Source: Alphaproteobacteria bacterium
Lineage (GTDB): Bacteria > Pseudomonadota > Alphaproteobacteria > UBA2966
Reading direction: 5' to 3'
DNA length: 64,000 bases
Assembly (NCBI GenBank): GCA_964291395.2
Contig: OZ219856.1
Span: 224,001 to 288,000, forward strand
The notes under the pieces are model-generated. The model searched no databases. It was not told the origin of the DNA and saw only the letters and a program-made list of their open reading frames with translations. Positions 10,322 through 20,865 of the stretch are shown piece after piece. Each line of letters begins with the position of its first letter. Position 1 is the stretch's first letter. The position numbers were made by a program, and so were the translations under genes.

Positions 10322-11515
10322 TCAGTCCGGCAACGACGGGAGACAGCGTCTGTAGAGGTACTGAACGCTGGCGCCGCCCGAAGTGCGCCATACCTTGATC
10401 TCCTCCGATCCCGACTTGTACCAGGACTTCTCGGCGTCGCGGACGACACAGCCGTGCGGTTCGAGTTTATCTGCGAGCTCCTCTACGTCGCTTATCTCAT
10501 CGTCGGTGACGATTTCGGGAGTTGCGAAGACCATCCGGTAGTGTTTTCTGGACGTGAGGATTTCACCGTGATCGCCTGCCTTTCCTTCGGCAATTAGACC
10601 GAGCACCTTCCAGTCATCCCATTTGAGATAATCGGCGACCGCGGCAGGAGACGGAAATACGCCGCCCGTGCTCGCAAGCAGGTCCTTCAAACACTCGATC
10701 AGGTGATAGTCGTAGATGGTCCGCGTCTTGTGGAAATAGAGCTGCGTAAACATCATAAAGCGAGCGATCAGCAGTCCTTCGACAGCATGGACGCCGTCCT
10801 CCTCGACGCCGATGTGGTGACCTTCCGTTTCAGGGTCTGGGCAGAGGCGCAAGGTATGGACCACTCTGTCTAGGTCGTATCGCCCGTACTGCACGCCGGC
10901 GTGATAGGCATCGCGCAGTAGGTAATCCATCCGATCGGCATCCATCTGTCCGGAGACGAGGTCCTTCCAAACCAACACACCTGCCGAGTGAGCCGGTGTC
11001 TCAAAGATTTCGAGAATGTCCTTGACGTGAATCCCGTTTGCTCTCGACTCCGGGTGGTTCTCGATTAGATCGTTCAGACACAGTCTCAACGCTGCGGCCG
11101 AGTAGTCCTCGTGCTCGTATCGGTTGGAACTGCCGGGCTTGAGGGGCAGGAGTTCCTCGGCCGCATGTGAGAACGGACCGTGACCAAGATCGTGCAGCAA
11201 GGCTGCTAGGCGCATAATTCTCCTCTGGCGCCCCAAGCTGGCGTCGTCAAATCCGTAATCTCCGCTGCAAAGGACGTTCCGGCTTCGGCGCAGCAACGCG
11301 TCGAACATTCGTGATGCGACGTGCATGACGCCGAGCGAATGCCCGAATCGGGCATGTGTCGCGCCAGGATAGACCATGTCGGTCCAGCCGAGTTGACGAA
11401 TCCTGCGGAGTCGCTGAAAAACCGGTTGGTTGATCACGTCCCATTCGAGTTGATTCAGGCGAATGAATCCGTGAACGGGATCCCGGATCTCATACGGCTC
11501 TAACGGGTCGCTCAC
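10322..11515 (-). CDS. HD-domain phosphohydrolase, SAMHD1/YwfO-like dNTP triphosphohydrolase; C-terminus probably frameshifted
   Basis: IRDPVHG, FQRLRRIRQLG, VYPGATHARFGHSLG, ALLHDLGHGPFSH, HEDYS, MDADRMDYLLRD, QLYFHKT. Confidence 0.9.
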   Translation of the reverse strand: MSDPLEPYEIRDPVHGFIRLNQLEWDVINQPVFQRLRRIRQLGWTDMVYPGATHARFGHSLGVMHVASRMFDALLRRSRNVLCSGDYGFDDASLGRQRRIMRLAALLHDLGHGPFSHAAEELLPLKPGSSNRYEHEDYSAAALRLCLNDLIENHPESRANGIHVKDILEIFETPAHSAGVLVWKDLVSGQMDADRMDYLLRDAYHAGVQYGRYDLDRVVHTLRLCPDPETEGHHIGVEEDGVHAVEGLLIARFMMFTQLYFHKTRTIYDYHLIECLKDLLASTGGVFPSPAAVADYLKWDDWKVLGLIAEGKAGDHGEILTSRKHYRMVFATPEIVTDDEISDVEELADKLEPHGCVVRDAEKSWYKSGSEEIKVWRTSGGASVQYLYRRCLPSLPD

Positions 11516-11545
11516 GCTACTTCCCAGGGAAACACCTAGCAACCA

Positions 11546-11574
11546 AATTTGTTCACGATTTGTACCAATGTCAA
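11546..11574 (-). promoter_or_regulatory. Possible sigma70 promoter of the HD cassette (TTGACA-17 nt-CAAATT)
   Basis: Perfect -35 and weak -10 in the AT-rich intergenic region just upstream of the GTG start. Confidence 0.35.
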
Positions 11575-11689
11575 GATACAAGATGTTGAGGTCACAGCTA
11601 TCACGACTGCCAATTTGTAGCAATCCGCGTCAAGTGACCGACACGGAAACGGTTGATGCCGTTCTCGATGTTTTCGGACCGGCCGATCA

Positions 11690-13006
11690 TCAACCGAACA
11701 GCACTTCCGGCAGCCACAAGGCCAGTTGCGGAAACATCAGGAGGCAGCTCAGGCCGATGAGCTGGATCACCATGAACTGGACCATTCCGGCGTAAATGTC
11801 GCTGAGCTCCCAGCTCGGAACGACGCCCTTGATGTAGTACGCGGAGAGGGCGACCGGGGGTGACAGCCAGGCGGTCTGCAGACACACGGCAACCAGGGTG
11901 CAGAACCACAGAATGTCGATTCCGAGCGCTTTCACGAGGGGCAGCACGATCGGCACGATGATGATGACGATCGGCACCCACTCCAACGGCCAGCCCAGCA
12001 CGAAGATGAAGCCGAGCAGGGTCAGCAGGATGACCATCGGATTGAACTCCAGGCCCAGCAGGGACTCGGCGATCATCGTGGCGGTGCCGAGTCGCGAGAA
12101 CACCGCGCTGTAGAGGTTCGATCCCACCACCAGGATGGAGACCATGCTGGACGTGAGGATGGTCCGGTAGGCCGCCTGTTTCAGACCCTCGAGCGTGAAG
12201 CGCCGATAGAGGACGGTCAGCACGAAGGCGCCGAAGGCGCCCATCGCCGCGGCGTCGGTCGGGGTCGCGAGACCCCCCAGGATGCTGCCGAGCACGGCCA
12301 GAATCAGTACCGCGAGGGGAATGATCCCGAAGAACAGCTCCCGGACCATCTCGAGGGCCGACTTCGCCCGCTCTTCGACCGGCAGGGCCGGGCCCAGGGC
12401 GGGATTGACGTAGCTGCGAATCAGGGCGTAGGCGGTATACAGCCCGGCCAGGACCAACCCCGGCATGACGGCGGCGGCAAACAAGTCCGTGATCGGGACA
12501 CCGACGATGGGCCCCATCACGACCAGCATGACGCTCGGCGGGATAAGCATGCCGAGCGTCCCGCCCGCGGCGATCGCGCCCGCGCTCAGGCGGATGCTGT
12601 AGCCGCTTCTCTCCATTACCGGGCCGGCCATCACGCCGAGGATCGTCACCGATGCGCCCACGACGCCCGTGGCGGCGGCGAACAGCGTGGCCGTCGCCAG
12701 GACGGCGATGTAGAGAGAGCCCTGGATCCCCGCGAGCAGCAGCCGGAAGCCGTTGAACAACCGGTTCATCAGCCCCGCCTGTTCCAGGAGATAGCCCATG
12801 AAGAGGAACAGCGGCACGGCGGCGAACAGCGGCTCGCTCATTACCTGAAAGGCGTGCAGGACCATCAGATAGAACACCGGGGCGCCGAACCCGATGACGC
12901 CGAAGACGATCCCGAGGAAGATCAACGTGAACGAAATCGGAAAACCGACGCAGATGCCGATGAATAGAGCGGCGAGCGAGACGAGTCCGAGGGTCTCGGA
13001 ACTCAT
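11690..13006 (-). CDS. dctM: TRAP transporter large permease (DctM)
   Basis: AVPLFLFMG, GTLGMLIPPS, LSPPVA. Hydrophobic; start overlaps the dctQ stop. Confidence 0.93.
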   Translation of the reverse strand: MSSETLGLVSLAALFIGICVGFPISFTLIFLGIVFGVIGFGAPVFYLMVLHAFQVMSEPLFAAVPLFLFMGYLLEQAGLMNRLFNGFRLLLAGIQGSLYIAVLATATLFAAATGVVGASVTILGVMAGPVMERSGYSIRLSAGAIAAGGTLGMLIPPSVMLVVMGPIVGVPITDLFAAAVMPGLVLAGLYTAYALIRSYVNPALGPALPVEERAKSALEMVRELFFGIIPLAVLILAVLGSILGGLATPTDAAAMGAFGAFVLTVLYRRFTLEGLKQAAYRTILTSSMVSILVVGSNLYSAVFSRLGTATMIAESLLGLEFNPMVILLTLLGFIFVLGWPLEWVPIVIIIVPIVLPLVKALGIDILWFCTLVAVCLQTAWLSPPVALSAYYIKGVVPSWELSDIYAGMVQFMVIQLIGLSCLLMFPQLALWLPEVLFG

Positions 13007-13542
13007 GACGGCCACTCCCCCTTGATGGCGGCGTACATGCTTTTGATGAACTCCGAGACGCCTTGCATTATCAGCATGGCCCCGGTCACCGGAATGACCG
13101 TCTTGAAGGGATAGAGCGGCGGCGCCCAGGGGCCGGTGATGCCGACCTCTCTCTGCTCCCACGAGACCGAGGCGAAATCGTAGCCGGCCCAGGTGAACAA
13201 GCCGATCGCGGGAAAATACAGGCAGGCGTAGAGCGTCGCATCCACGATTCCCTGCCACCGCGGCGACCAATTTTGGTACAGGAAGTCGGTACGGACGTGC
13301 GCCTGGCGCACCGACGTGAAGGCGGCGCCCAGCATGAAGTGGGAGCCGTAGATCATGTAGGTCGCGTCGTAGGCCCAGACGGTCGGCGCATCGAAGAGAT
13401 AGCGGGCGAAGACCTCGTAGACCAGGCAGAGGACCATCGGGACGATGAGCCAGCAAAAGAGCTTCCCCGACCAGACGCTGATCGTGTCGATGGCCAGGAC
13501 GACGAGGCGGATCGTCGGCGGCAGGGATTGGTAAGAGGTCAT
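13003..13542 (-). CDS. dctQ: TRAP transporter small permease (DctQ)
   Basis: YEVFARYLFDAPTVWA, HVRTD; four TM segments. Confidence 0.93.
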   Translation of the reverse strand: MTSYQSLPPTIRLVVLAIDTISVWSGKLFCWLIVPMVLCLVYEVFARYLFDAPTVWAYDATYMIYGSHFMLGAAFTSVRQAHVRTDFLYQNWSPRWQGIVDATLYACLYFPAIGLFTWAGYDFASVSWEQREVGITGPWAPPLYPFKTVIPVTGAMLIMQGVSEFIKSMYAAIKGEWPS

Positions 13543-13655
13543 GTCGAACCCGCCCGCAGCACCTTACCCATGCGCGCCGCTTTCCTGATCAAACGGGACT
13601 GAAACACTCGAACGGGCGAGAACAAAGTGCGTGGCTACAATCCGTATCCGGCGTA

Positions 13656-13698
13656 TCGGGTGCGGGCGGCGGACCGGCCGGTCCCCCACCCGCACCCG
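13656..13698. repeat. GC-rich hairpin between dctP and dctQ
   Basis: CGGGTGCGGG...CCCGCACCCG inverted repeat enclosing an inner GGACCGGCCGGTCC palindrome. Confidence 0.6.
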
Positions 13699-13741
13699 GA
13701 TCCTACGGGATCACGCCAAAGCACGCTTCATCACGCTTCCG

Positions 13742-14851
13742 CTAGTTCTTCGCAAGCGCGGCTTCGCCCATGGACGCGTAAAGCGCAAGCAGTTTCGTCC
13801 AGTACGGTACGACCACCTTGGCGAACTCTTCCTGCGATTCCGCAACCTTCTTGAAGAAGGGGTCCGCCGCCTTGTGTTTGGCCATCACTTCCTCCGACGC
13901 CGCGGCGAACGCGGCGAACAGATCCGGCGGCGTGTCGTACACCTTGACCCCATGCTTTTCCTGCAGTTCGTTCAAGGCGACCGCGTTCCGGTAGATGTTG
14001 CCGGTCAGCGTCGTCGTGATCGTCGCCAATGTCGCGGTCTCGATGATGGCCTGGAGATCGTCCGGAAGCTTGTTCCAGAAGTCCTTGTTGATGATCAGCT
14101 CGGTGATGTCCGTCGCCTGGTGAAAACCCTGCAGATAGTAGTTCTTCCAGATGTCCTGCAGCCCGAGATTGATGTCCTCGCCGGGATTGATCCACTCGGC
14201 CGCGTCGATGACGCCGCGTTCCGCCGATGGAACGATCTCGCCGCCGGGCAGCGCCACCGCGGTTATTCCCATCGTCGTAAACAGCTCACCGGTGATGCCC
14301 GGCGGAGACCGGTACTTGAGCTTCTGGAAATCCTCCAGGTTCTCGATCGGGTTCTTGAACCAGCCGAGCGGTTGTCCACCCGACAGCAAGGTGATGAACG
14401 GAACGATGTTGACCTTCAAATGATCGTCGTGCATCTCCCTGTAGAGCTCGTTTCCGTCACCTTCCAGAAACCATGCGACGGCGCCCAACTGGTCCAGTCC
14501 GCCGACCGCCGGCTGGTCGGCGAACAGGTAGGCGGCCGACACCTTGCCCGAGTGGAAATGCGCTCCCGTGACGCCGGCTTCGACGATACCCTGATGCACT
14601 GCGGTCAAGGTCTCGGTAAAGCCGACCACGGCGCCCACGGGCAGCATCTCGACGTCCAGTCTTCCGCCGGACATCCTGTTGATACGCTTTTCCATGTCCT
14701 GCAGCATGCCGAAATACATGCTGGCCGACGGAAAGATGGTTTGGACACGCATCTTGATGGCATCGGCAGCCTGGGCGGTGCCGACCGCGCCTACCACAAT
14801 AGGTAAAGCCAGCGCCGCCGCGAGGGCTGACGCCAATAATTGCCTTTTCAT
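13742..14851 (-). CDS. dctP: TRAP transporter substrate-binding protein (DctP, TakP-like)
   Basis: Signal peptide, MSGGRL, GWFKNPI, KYRSPPG, ERGVIDAAEW. Confidence 0.92.
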   Translation of the reverse strand: MKRQLLASALAAALALPIVVGAVGTAQAADAIKMRVQTIFPSASMYFGMLQDMEKRINRMSGGRLDVEMLPVGAVVGFTETLTAVHQGIVEAGVTGAHFHSGKVSAAYLFADQPAVGGLDQLGAVAWFLEGDGNELYREMHDDHLKVNIVPFITLLSGGQPLGWFKNPIENLEDFQKLKYRSPPGITGELFTTMGITAVALPGGEIVPSAERGVIDAAEWINPGEDINLGLQDIWKNYYLQGFHQATDITELIINKDFWNKLPDDLQAIIETATLATITTTLTGNIYRNAVALNELQEKHGVKVYDTPPDLFAAFAAASEEVMAKHKAADPFFKKVAESQEEFAKVVVPYWTKLLALYASMGEAALAKN

Positions 14852-15143
14852 GATTTCATCCTCCCCATGGCAAGGTTCTTTCCACTTGCCAAATCATTGG
14901 TACTCGCCAACTACCAGAGGACTGAAATAGTAGCGGAAGCGGGTGTCCGTCCCAACCGCTATTTGCGGGATCCCATCTCGAGTGCCGTGGGGTTGGCCTT
15001 CGGAGGCTCGATTTTGCTTTCGAGGGTTTCCGACCGATCGAACCGGATCACGTCCGCCGAGCACCACACCCGAAACCGAGCTGCGTCAGGTCCGGCAACG
15101 GCCTTGGACGGCGAGCCGCGCGGTCGTCCGTAGGCGCCCCGAT

Positions 15144-16868
15144 TCAATCCGCGCGCTTCGAAGCGTTGTACCCGTAGTCCCGCTTGGCGCCCTCCTCGGT
15201 GATGAAACCGTCCGCAAGATCTTCCTCGATCTTCGCGGGGTCCCGCTCTCCCGGATCGCCGTAACCGCCGGCGCCGCTGAGACGCCAGCTCACGACGTCG
15301 CCCTTCTTGAGCATGCGGGTCTCCTTGGAACCGAGCGCAATCGCGCCGTCGTCGGAATTGAGGATGGTTTCGGCCAAACGCCCGGGCTTGCCGCCGAACA
15401 GACCGTAGGGTTGGTGCACATGGCGATCGCCGAGATTGCAAAGGCTGGCACCGGAATTGAGAAGTTCGACGTCCTTGCGCACGCCGCAGCCCCCTCGGAA
15501 TTTGCCCGCACCGGCGGAATCGGCGATGAATCCGAGATGACGAATGCGAATTGGATTGCGTGCCTCCAGTATCTCCACGGGAATGTTCGTGCAATTCATC
15601 ACCGGAGAGAGGCCTTCGACGCCGTCCCTCCTTGATTGGGCGCCCAACCCGCCGAAAATCATGTCGTAATAGAGGAAATTCTCCCCCGTGCGGTCGTCCA
15701 TCCCGCCGACATTCGGGTTGGAAAAATGGGAGAACGCGGCGATCGCCTTTTCCGGTACGATCGGCGCGAGGGCGCCTACGACCACCTCGAAGATGCGCTG
15801 CGGGTTGGCTGACCTTCCGCCGCTCGGCGCGGGATAAACGGCATTGAAATAGGAGCCCTCGCGCGCGATGGCCTGGAGCGGTTTCGCCGAGCCGTGGTTC
15901 TGAGGCACCAGCGCTTCGGACATGATCTTGGCGGCAAAGGTCGAGTAGGCACGGGTGTAGTTGATGTAGCAGTTGATCCCTGCGGGGACCTGATCGCTGC
16001 TGCCGGAAAAATCGATCAACAGGTCGTCGCCCTTGATCGTCACCTCCACGTGGAACCGGATGGGGTCGGAACCCGGTCCGTGATCGTCCATGAAGTCCTC
16101 GAACGTGTAGGTCCCGTCGGGCAGTTCGCGGATGCGGTCCCGCATGCGCTTCTCGGAGTGCTCCAAAATCTCCTCGATAACGCCTTCGATCAGGTCCGTG
16201 CCGTATTCTCGATAGAGACCGGCGAGGCGCCGCCCGCCAACGTGGTTGGCGTTGCGTTGTGCCTGCAAATCGCCGCGCACCTTGTCGGGGAAGCGCACAT
16301 TGCCGAGGATCAAGCGCAAGAGGTCCGGCTCGAACTCGCCTTCGCGGATCAGTTTTATGGGCCGGATGCGCAGGCCCTCCTGAACCGCCTCGCTGACACC
16401 ACGAACCTCCTGCGAGCCGGGATGGGGGCCGCCGACGTCCACGTGGTGTGCCGTATTGCACGCAAAACCGATGAGCCGCCCGTCGTCGAATGCCGGCGTC
16501 ACCATGAAGCAGTCGGGGAAATGCCCCGAACCGATGCGGGAGTCATTGACGAAGATCGAATCCCCCGGACGCAGCGTCTCGGGCGGAAAGAAGTCGAGAA
16601 CCGTCATCACGACGTAGGGCATGGCGCCCGTATGGCCGGGAGTGAAGTTGCCCTGGGCGACGAGCCGGCCGTGGCGGTCGAACAGGCCCGTCGAAAAATC
16701 ATCGCCTTCGCGCACCGCTTCGGAAAACGCGGTTCGCCTCAGGGTGCTCCCCATTTCCTCGGCGACGGAGAGAAGCCGGCCCCACAAAACCGACAGCGTG
16801 ACCGGGTCGACCGCCGGGCGATTTGATCCCCGGCTTTTCGAAGATTGGGGCGCGTCGTTCATCGTCAA
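15144..16868 (-). CDS. Hydantoinase B/oxoprolinase subunit
   Basis: DPVTLSV, RTAFSEAVREGDDFS, GHFPD, AHHVDVGG, SAGAGKFRGG, GAGGYGDP. Confidence 0.92.
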   Translation of the reverse strand: MTMNDAPQSSKSRGSNRPAVDPVTLSVLWGRLLSVAEEMGSTLRRTAFSEAVREGDDFSTGLFDRHGRLVAQGNFTPGHTGAMPYVVMTVLDFFPPETLRPGDSIFVNDSRIGSGHFPDCFMVTPAFDDGRLIGFACNTAHHVDVGGPHPGSQEVRGVSEAVQEGLRIRPIKLIREGEFEPDLLRLILGNVRFPDKVRGDLQAQRNANHVGGRRLAGLYREYGTDLIEGVIEEILEHSEKRMRDRIRELPDGTYTFEDFMDDHGPGSDPIRFHVEVTIKGDDLLIDFSGSSDQVPAGINCYINYTRAYSTFAAKIMSEALVPQNHGSAKPLQAIAREGSYFNAVYPAPSGGRSANPQRIFEVVVGALAPIVPEKAIAAFSHFSNPNVGGMDDRTGENFLYYDMIFGGLGAQSRRDGVEGLSPVMNCTNIPVEILEARNPIRIRHLGFIADSAGAGKFRGGCGVRKDVELLNSGASLCNLGDRHVHQPYGLFGGKPGRLAETILNSDDGAIALGSKETRMLKKGDVVSWRLSGAGGYGDPGERDPAKIEEDLADGFITEEGAKRDYGYNASKRAD

Positions 16869-18946
16869 CTCTCCAGGGAAACCGTGATGATCAAATGACC
16901 TCGCGGCGATATGCGGGCATTGTCCCCCGGCAGCACGACCGTCGTCGAATCGCGCTCCTCGATGATCGCCGGTCCGGCCACCTCATCGCCCGGCGCCAGG
17001 CGAAAACGGTTGACCACACGGCACGGAACGAATCCCCCGGCTTCTTCGAAGTAAGCTTGCCGTTCGCCGTCGTCGGGCGCCGCCGACATCTCGCCATCGT
17101 CACCGAGAACCGTGGGTTCCCCGTCGACCGAGGCCGGTATGACGGCCGCCAGGCACCAGTCCACGGCTTCGATGCCCGCCTCCTCGTCGCGATAATCGAA
17201 ATTACGTTCGTAGGCTTCGTGGAACGCGCATGCAACGCGGTCCGCATAGCCTTCCGCAATCGGCCCGTCCGGCAGATCGACCTTGATCTCGAACCCTTGT
17301 CCCAAGTAGCGCAAGTAGGCGTATCGGGACCAGACGAGCGGTCGGTCGCTGCGCAGCCGGGCCACGTCCTCGGCGGCGCGGGCCTCCAGTTCCCGGTAGA
17401 TATCGGCGATGCGGCGATCGCTCTCGCCGTCGAGAGCAAAGATCCTCGATACCGATACGTCGATACGCGAATCGGCGTTCAGCAACCCGATGGCCGAACC
17501 GACGCCCGCGCCCTGCGGCACCACGACTGTCGGAATGTTCAGGGAACGGGCCAGGCGCGCGGCGTGCAGCGGGCCCGCGCCACCGAAGGCGACCAGGGCG
17601 TAGTTGCGGGGATCTCGGCCACGCTCCACCGAGATGACCCGCATGGCCCGTTCCATGTTGCCGTTGGCGACGGCGTGGATGCCCCACGCGGCTTCCCCCG
17701 CTGACAGACCGAGAGGCTTGGCCACGGCGGTTTCGATGCCCGTGGCGGCCGCGGCGGCGTCGATCCGCATGGCGCCGCCGTTGAAGTAATCCGCGTTGAG
17801 GTATCCCATGACCAAGTTGGCATCGGTCACCGTCGGCCGGGTGCCGCCGGCGCCGTAACACATGGGCCCGGGGTCGGCGCCGGCGCTTTGCGGACCCACC
17901 TCGATAAGGCCACCGTCGGCGCGGGCGATGCTGCCGCCGCCGGCGCCTATTTCCAGAAGCTCGACCGCCGCGATGTTGAGAGGAAGACCGCTGAACTTGC
18001 GATAGTGTATCGCGCCGACCTCGAATTCCGACGTGATGGCGGGTTCGCCGTCGTCGATCGCTCCCATCTTCGCGGTGGTGCCCCCCATGTCGAGGGTCAG
18101 CACGTGATCGAAACCTTCTTCGCGGCCGACGACGCCGCACATCAGCACACCTGCGGCCGGTCCCGATTCCACGATGCGCACGGGGTATTCCTTGGCCAGA
18201 TCCGTCGACACCAGACCGCCGTTGGACTGCATGACGAGGAGGTCCGGTTCGATGTCGGCGGCGTGGAGAGAATTCTCGAGATCGGTCAGATAGCGTTCGA
18301 CGATAGGCTTGACATAAGCATTGGCGACCGTTGTGCTGACTCGCTCGTATTCGCGAATCCTCGCCGAGACCTTGGAAGACAAGGAAATACTCACCCCGGG
18401 CGCTCGCTCCAGCACCCGCGCGGCCACGGCTTCCTCATGCGCGGAGTTGGCGTAGGCGTGCAGCAAACACACGGCAATGGATTCGACTCCCGCCGCCAAC
18501 AGGCCCTGCGCGGACTCGTCCACGCTTTCCAATGCCAGCGGCTCGACGACCGTCCCGTCGAAGGCGATGCGTTCATTCACCTCGGCGATGTAGCGCCGTT
18601 TGGTCAACGGTTCCGGCTTGCCCATGTACATGTCATAGGTGTCGTAACGCTTTTGCCGACCGAGCAGCAGCACGTCGCGGAAGCCTTTCGTGGTGAGGAC
18701 GCCCGTGCGGCTGCCCTTGTTCTCGAGAATTGCGTTGGTCGCGATGGTCGTGGCGTGGAACACCGAATCCACGTCTGGCGCCTCGGTACCGCAGCGCCGC
18801 AACAACACCGACAAGCCGTCCATGACGGCGCGCGACAATTCAGCCGGAGTGCTGGGAATCTTGTGCGCGACCATGCGCCCGGTCCGCGTGTCCTGCAGCA
18901 CCAGGTCGGTGAACGTTCCGCCGATGTCGAAGGCGACGCGGATCAT
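16865..18946 (-). CDS. Hydantoinase A/oxoprolinase ATP-binding subunit
   Basis: DIGGTFTD, HATTIATNA, ESGPAAG, DMGGTT, GAGGGSIA, AFGGAGPLHA. Confidence 0.93.
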   Translation of the reverse strand: MIRVAFDIGGTFTDLVLQDTRTGRMVAHKIPSTPAELSRAVMDGLSVLLRRCGTEAPDVDSVFHATTIATNAILENKGSRTGVLTTKGFRDVLLLGRQKRYDTYDMYMGKPEPLTKRRYIAEVNERIAFDGTVVEPLALESVDESAQGLLAAGVESIAVCLLHAYANSAHEEAVAARVLERAPGVSISLSSKVSARIREYERVSTTVANAYVKPIVERYLTDLENSLHAADIEPDLLVMQSNGGLVSTDLAKEYPVRIVESGPAAGVLMCGVVGREEGFDHVLTLDMGGTTAKMGAIDDGEPAITSEFEVGAIHYRKFSGLPLNIAAVELLEIGAGGGSIARADGGLIEVGPQSAGADPGPMCYGAGGTRPTVTDANLVMGYLNADYFNGGAMRIDAAAAATGIETAVAKPLGLSAGEAAWGIHAVANGNMERAMRVISVERGRDPRNYALVAFGGAGPLHAARLARSLNIPTVVVPQGAGVGSAIGLLNADSRIDVSVSRIFALDGESDRRIADIYRELEARAAEDVARLRSDRPLVWSRYAYLRYLGQGFEIKVDLPDGPIAEGYADRVACAFHEAYERNFDYRDEEAGIEAVDWCLAAVIPASVDGEPTVLGDDGEMSAAPDDGERQAYFEEAGGFVPCRVVNRFRLAPGDEVAGPAIIEERDSTTVVLPGDNARISPRGHLIITVSLES

Positions 18947-19207
18947 GCGCCTTCCTTCCCCGGGAGAGTCGCCTGCGCGGGAGATACGGTAGCGAGGACG
19001 GTTTTACCCCGCAAGAACTCCACGGGACGCTCCACCGTTCGCCCGACTTCGGCCGAAAGCAGCCTGCCCGCCCAGGCGAACCGTGCCGAGAATGACCGGA
19101 TGTATCGGCTACGAAACCGGATGCCTGTATTCGACGCGGCGAGCATCGCCCCCAGCCGACGGACACCGCAGCGTCGACGGCGGAAACATGAAGGGAAATT
19201 GATTGGC

Positions 19208-19305
19208 GTCCCCGAACTGCCGGGTTGCATCGCGCATGGGGACGATCAGGAAGCGGCGATGGGGCATATCAAGGCGCCATGCGATCCTGGATCGAAGTCT
19301 CGTGA
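19208..19305 (+). pseudogene. HicB-family antitoxin remnant (truncated, frameshifted)
   Basis: VPELPGCIAHGDDQEAAMGHIK, then after a frameshift AMRSWIEVS*. Matches the HicB core PELPGC.AHG.T.EEA...I.DA..W. Confidence 0.75.
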
Positions 19306-20865
19306 CGCGCCCAAGAGCGAGATAGGATTCGCACCCCCGGAAGCCGATTGGGAGGCGGCCCGGGGTGAACGACTCCGACAACAGCGTCGTCCGGGCGACG
19401 CGGGGTAGCGAGCTCGGAACAGCCATCCTTCCGAATCGGCTGGGATGGCTCAAGGTGAAGGGTGATCAAGCACGCGTGCGGGAACAGCGGGGGATGGCCC
19501 TCGGAGCGGTCATGACCTCGGCTTCATGCCCTGTCTCGATTGTCGCGCAGGGGGGAATCGCGCTGAAGTCCCGACGGCTCGCAAGTGGCGGCGGAATATT
19601 GGGGAAGAGAGGCGAATCGCCGTGAAAGACGGCGGAGCGTCAAGAGCCTATGGGGGCGAGCGTTGCCACGGATTGACCGATGACGGCAGGCCTCGAGGGC
19701 GATCACCCCAGCGGTGCGAGCTCGTAGGCCGCCGTAACCAGGCAGTGTCGAGATCGCGCGTATCGGTCGGCGAACGGTTGATCGATGGTGGGACGTAGAC
19801 GGTTCCTATCGCCGGGAGTTGGAGTAACAGATACCTTCGCCGGAGACGAGCACACGGCGGGGTGCCGAGCGCGTCGTTCATGTTCGCTAAGCCACCACGC
19901 TGACCGAACCTTGGCGGGGTGTCTTCCGGCTCATGACCGCGTCACGTCCGATCCCATGGGCCATGCTCGAGTTCACGGATGTCTCCGGCTGCGGGTCCGC
20001 CTTCGTGTCCCTACCGAGGGAGGAAGCCGATCCTTTTCGCCGCGAAGGGCCGCGCGGTCCTCGTGCATGGAGTGAAGTGGATCTGAGGTCCGACTAGCAC
20101 CTCGGACTGACCGGACGGTCTGGATGCTTCCTTGCCGTTCCAACACGGCACGTATCAAGTGGCGTCCCCATTCGTAGACGTCAGGGGGCGAAGCCTTCAG
20201 CGCCGGCAGCGGCCCTGGTACGACGTAGCTCCGTGACTGGAGCTTGATACTCCCGGACGCGGGCACGGACTCTTTGCCGCCCAGACGAGGGCGTGGAGGT
20301 CCTTGGCTGGACAGAGGCCGCGTTGGACCCACAGACCGCCGCCCCGGCGGATTGTCAGACGATCGACGACGCTGCGCTCGATCGTGATGAGGCGGCAGTT
20401 GCGATGCGGGAGCTACACGGGCCGAAGCCGAGGTGGCCCATCTCGGGGATCTCAGAATGCGGACGTCGCGCACAATAAACCCGGTCAGCAAGAAAGCAAT
20501 CTGCCATAGCGGCAATAGAATGCCAGATAGTGTCCTAGGTTCCGCCGAGGAGCTTTTCCGCTCGTATGTGGGCGTGTCTCTCGAAGTGGTACAGTTGGAC
20601 CGCGAAACACAATAGCGGCATGATTTCGCGCAACAGGGCTTTATCCCGAATGCGTAGAACCGCGCTGAACGCGAAAAGGGCCTCGTGCCGTCCCCGTCCG
20701 TCAGGAAGGTCTTTCCTTACAATTCCATGGTTTGGCGACGGGTCCGAACCCATGGGCGGTCCGATCCGCCGACGGCGCCGCGTCAAGTAGTGGGAACGGA
20801 AGTGGGCACTCTATTTCAATGACGAAAGTTTTTATTTATAATCAAATGGTTAAGTATTGCATATA

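Noticed and set aside
19520-20790. Several short ORFs (60-180 aa) in the decayed islet
   Set aside because: None is intact or assignable by eye; treated collectively as debris.
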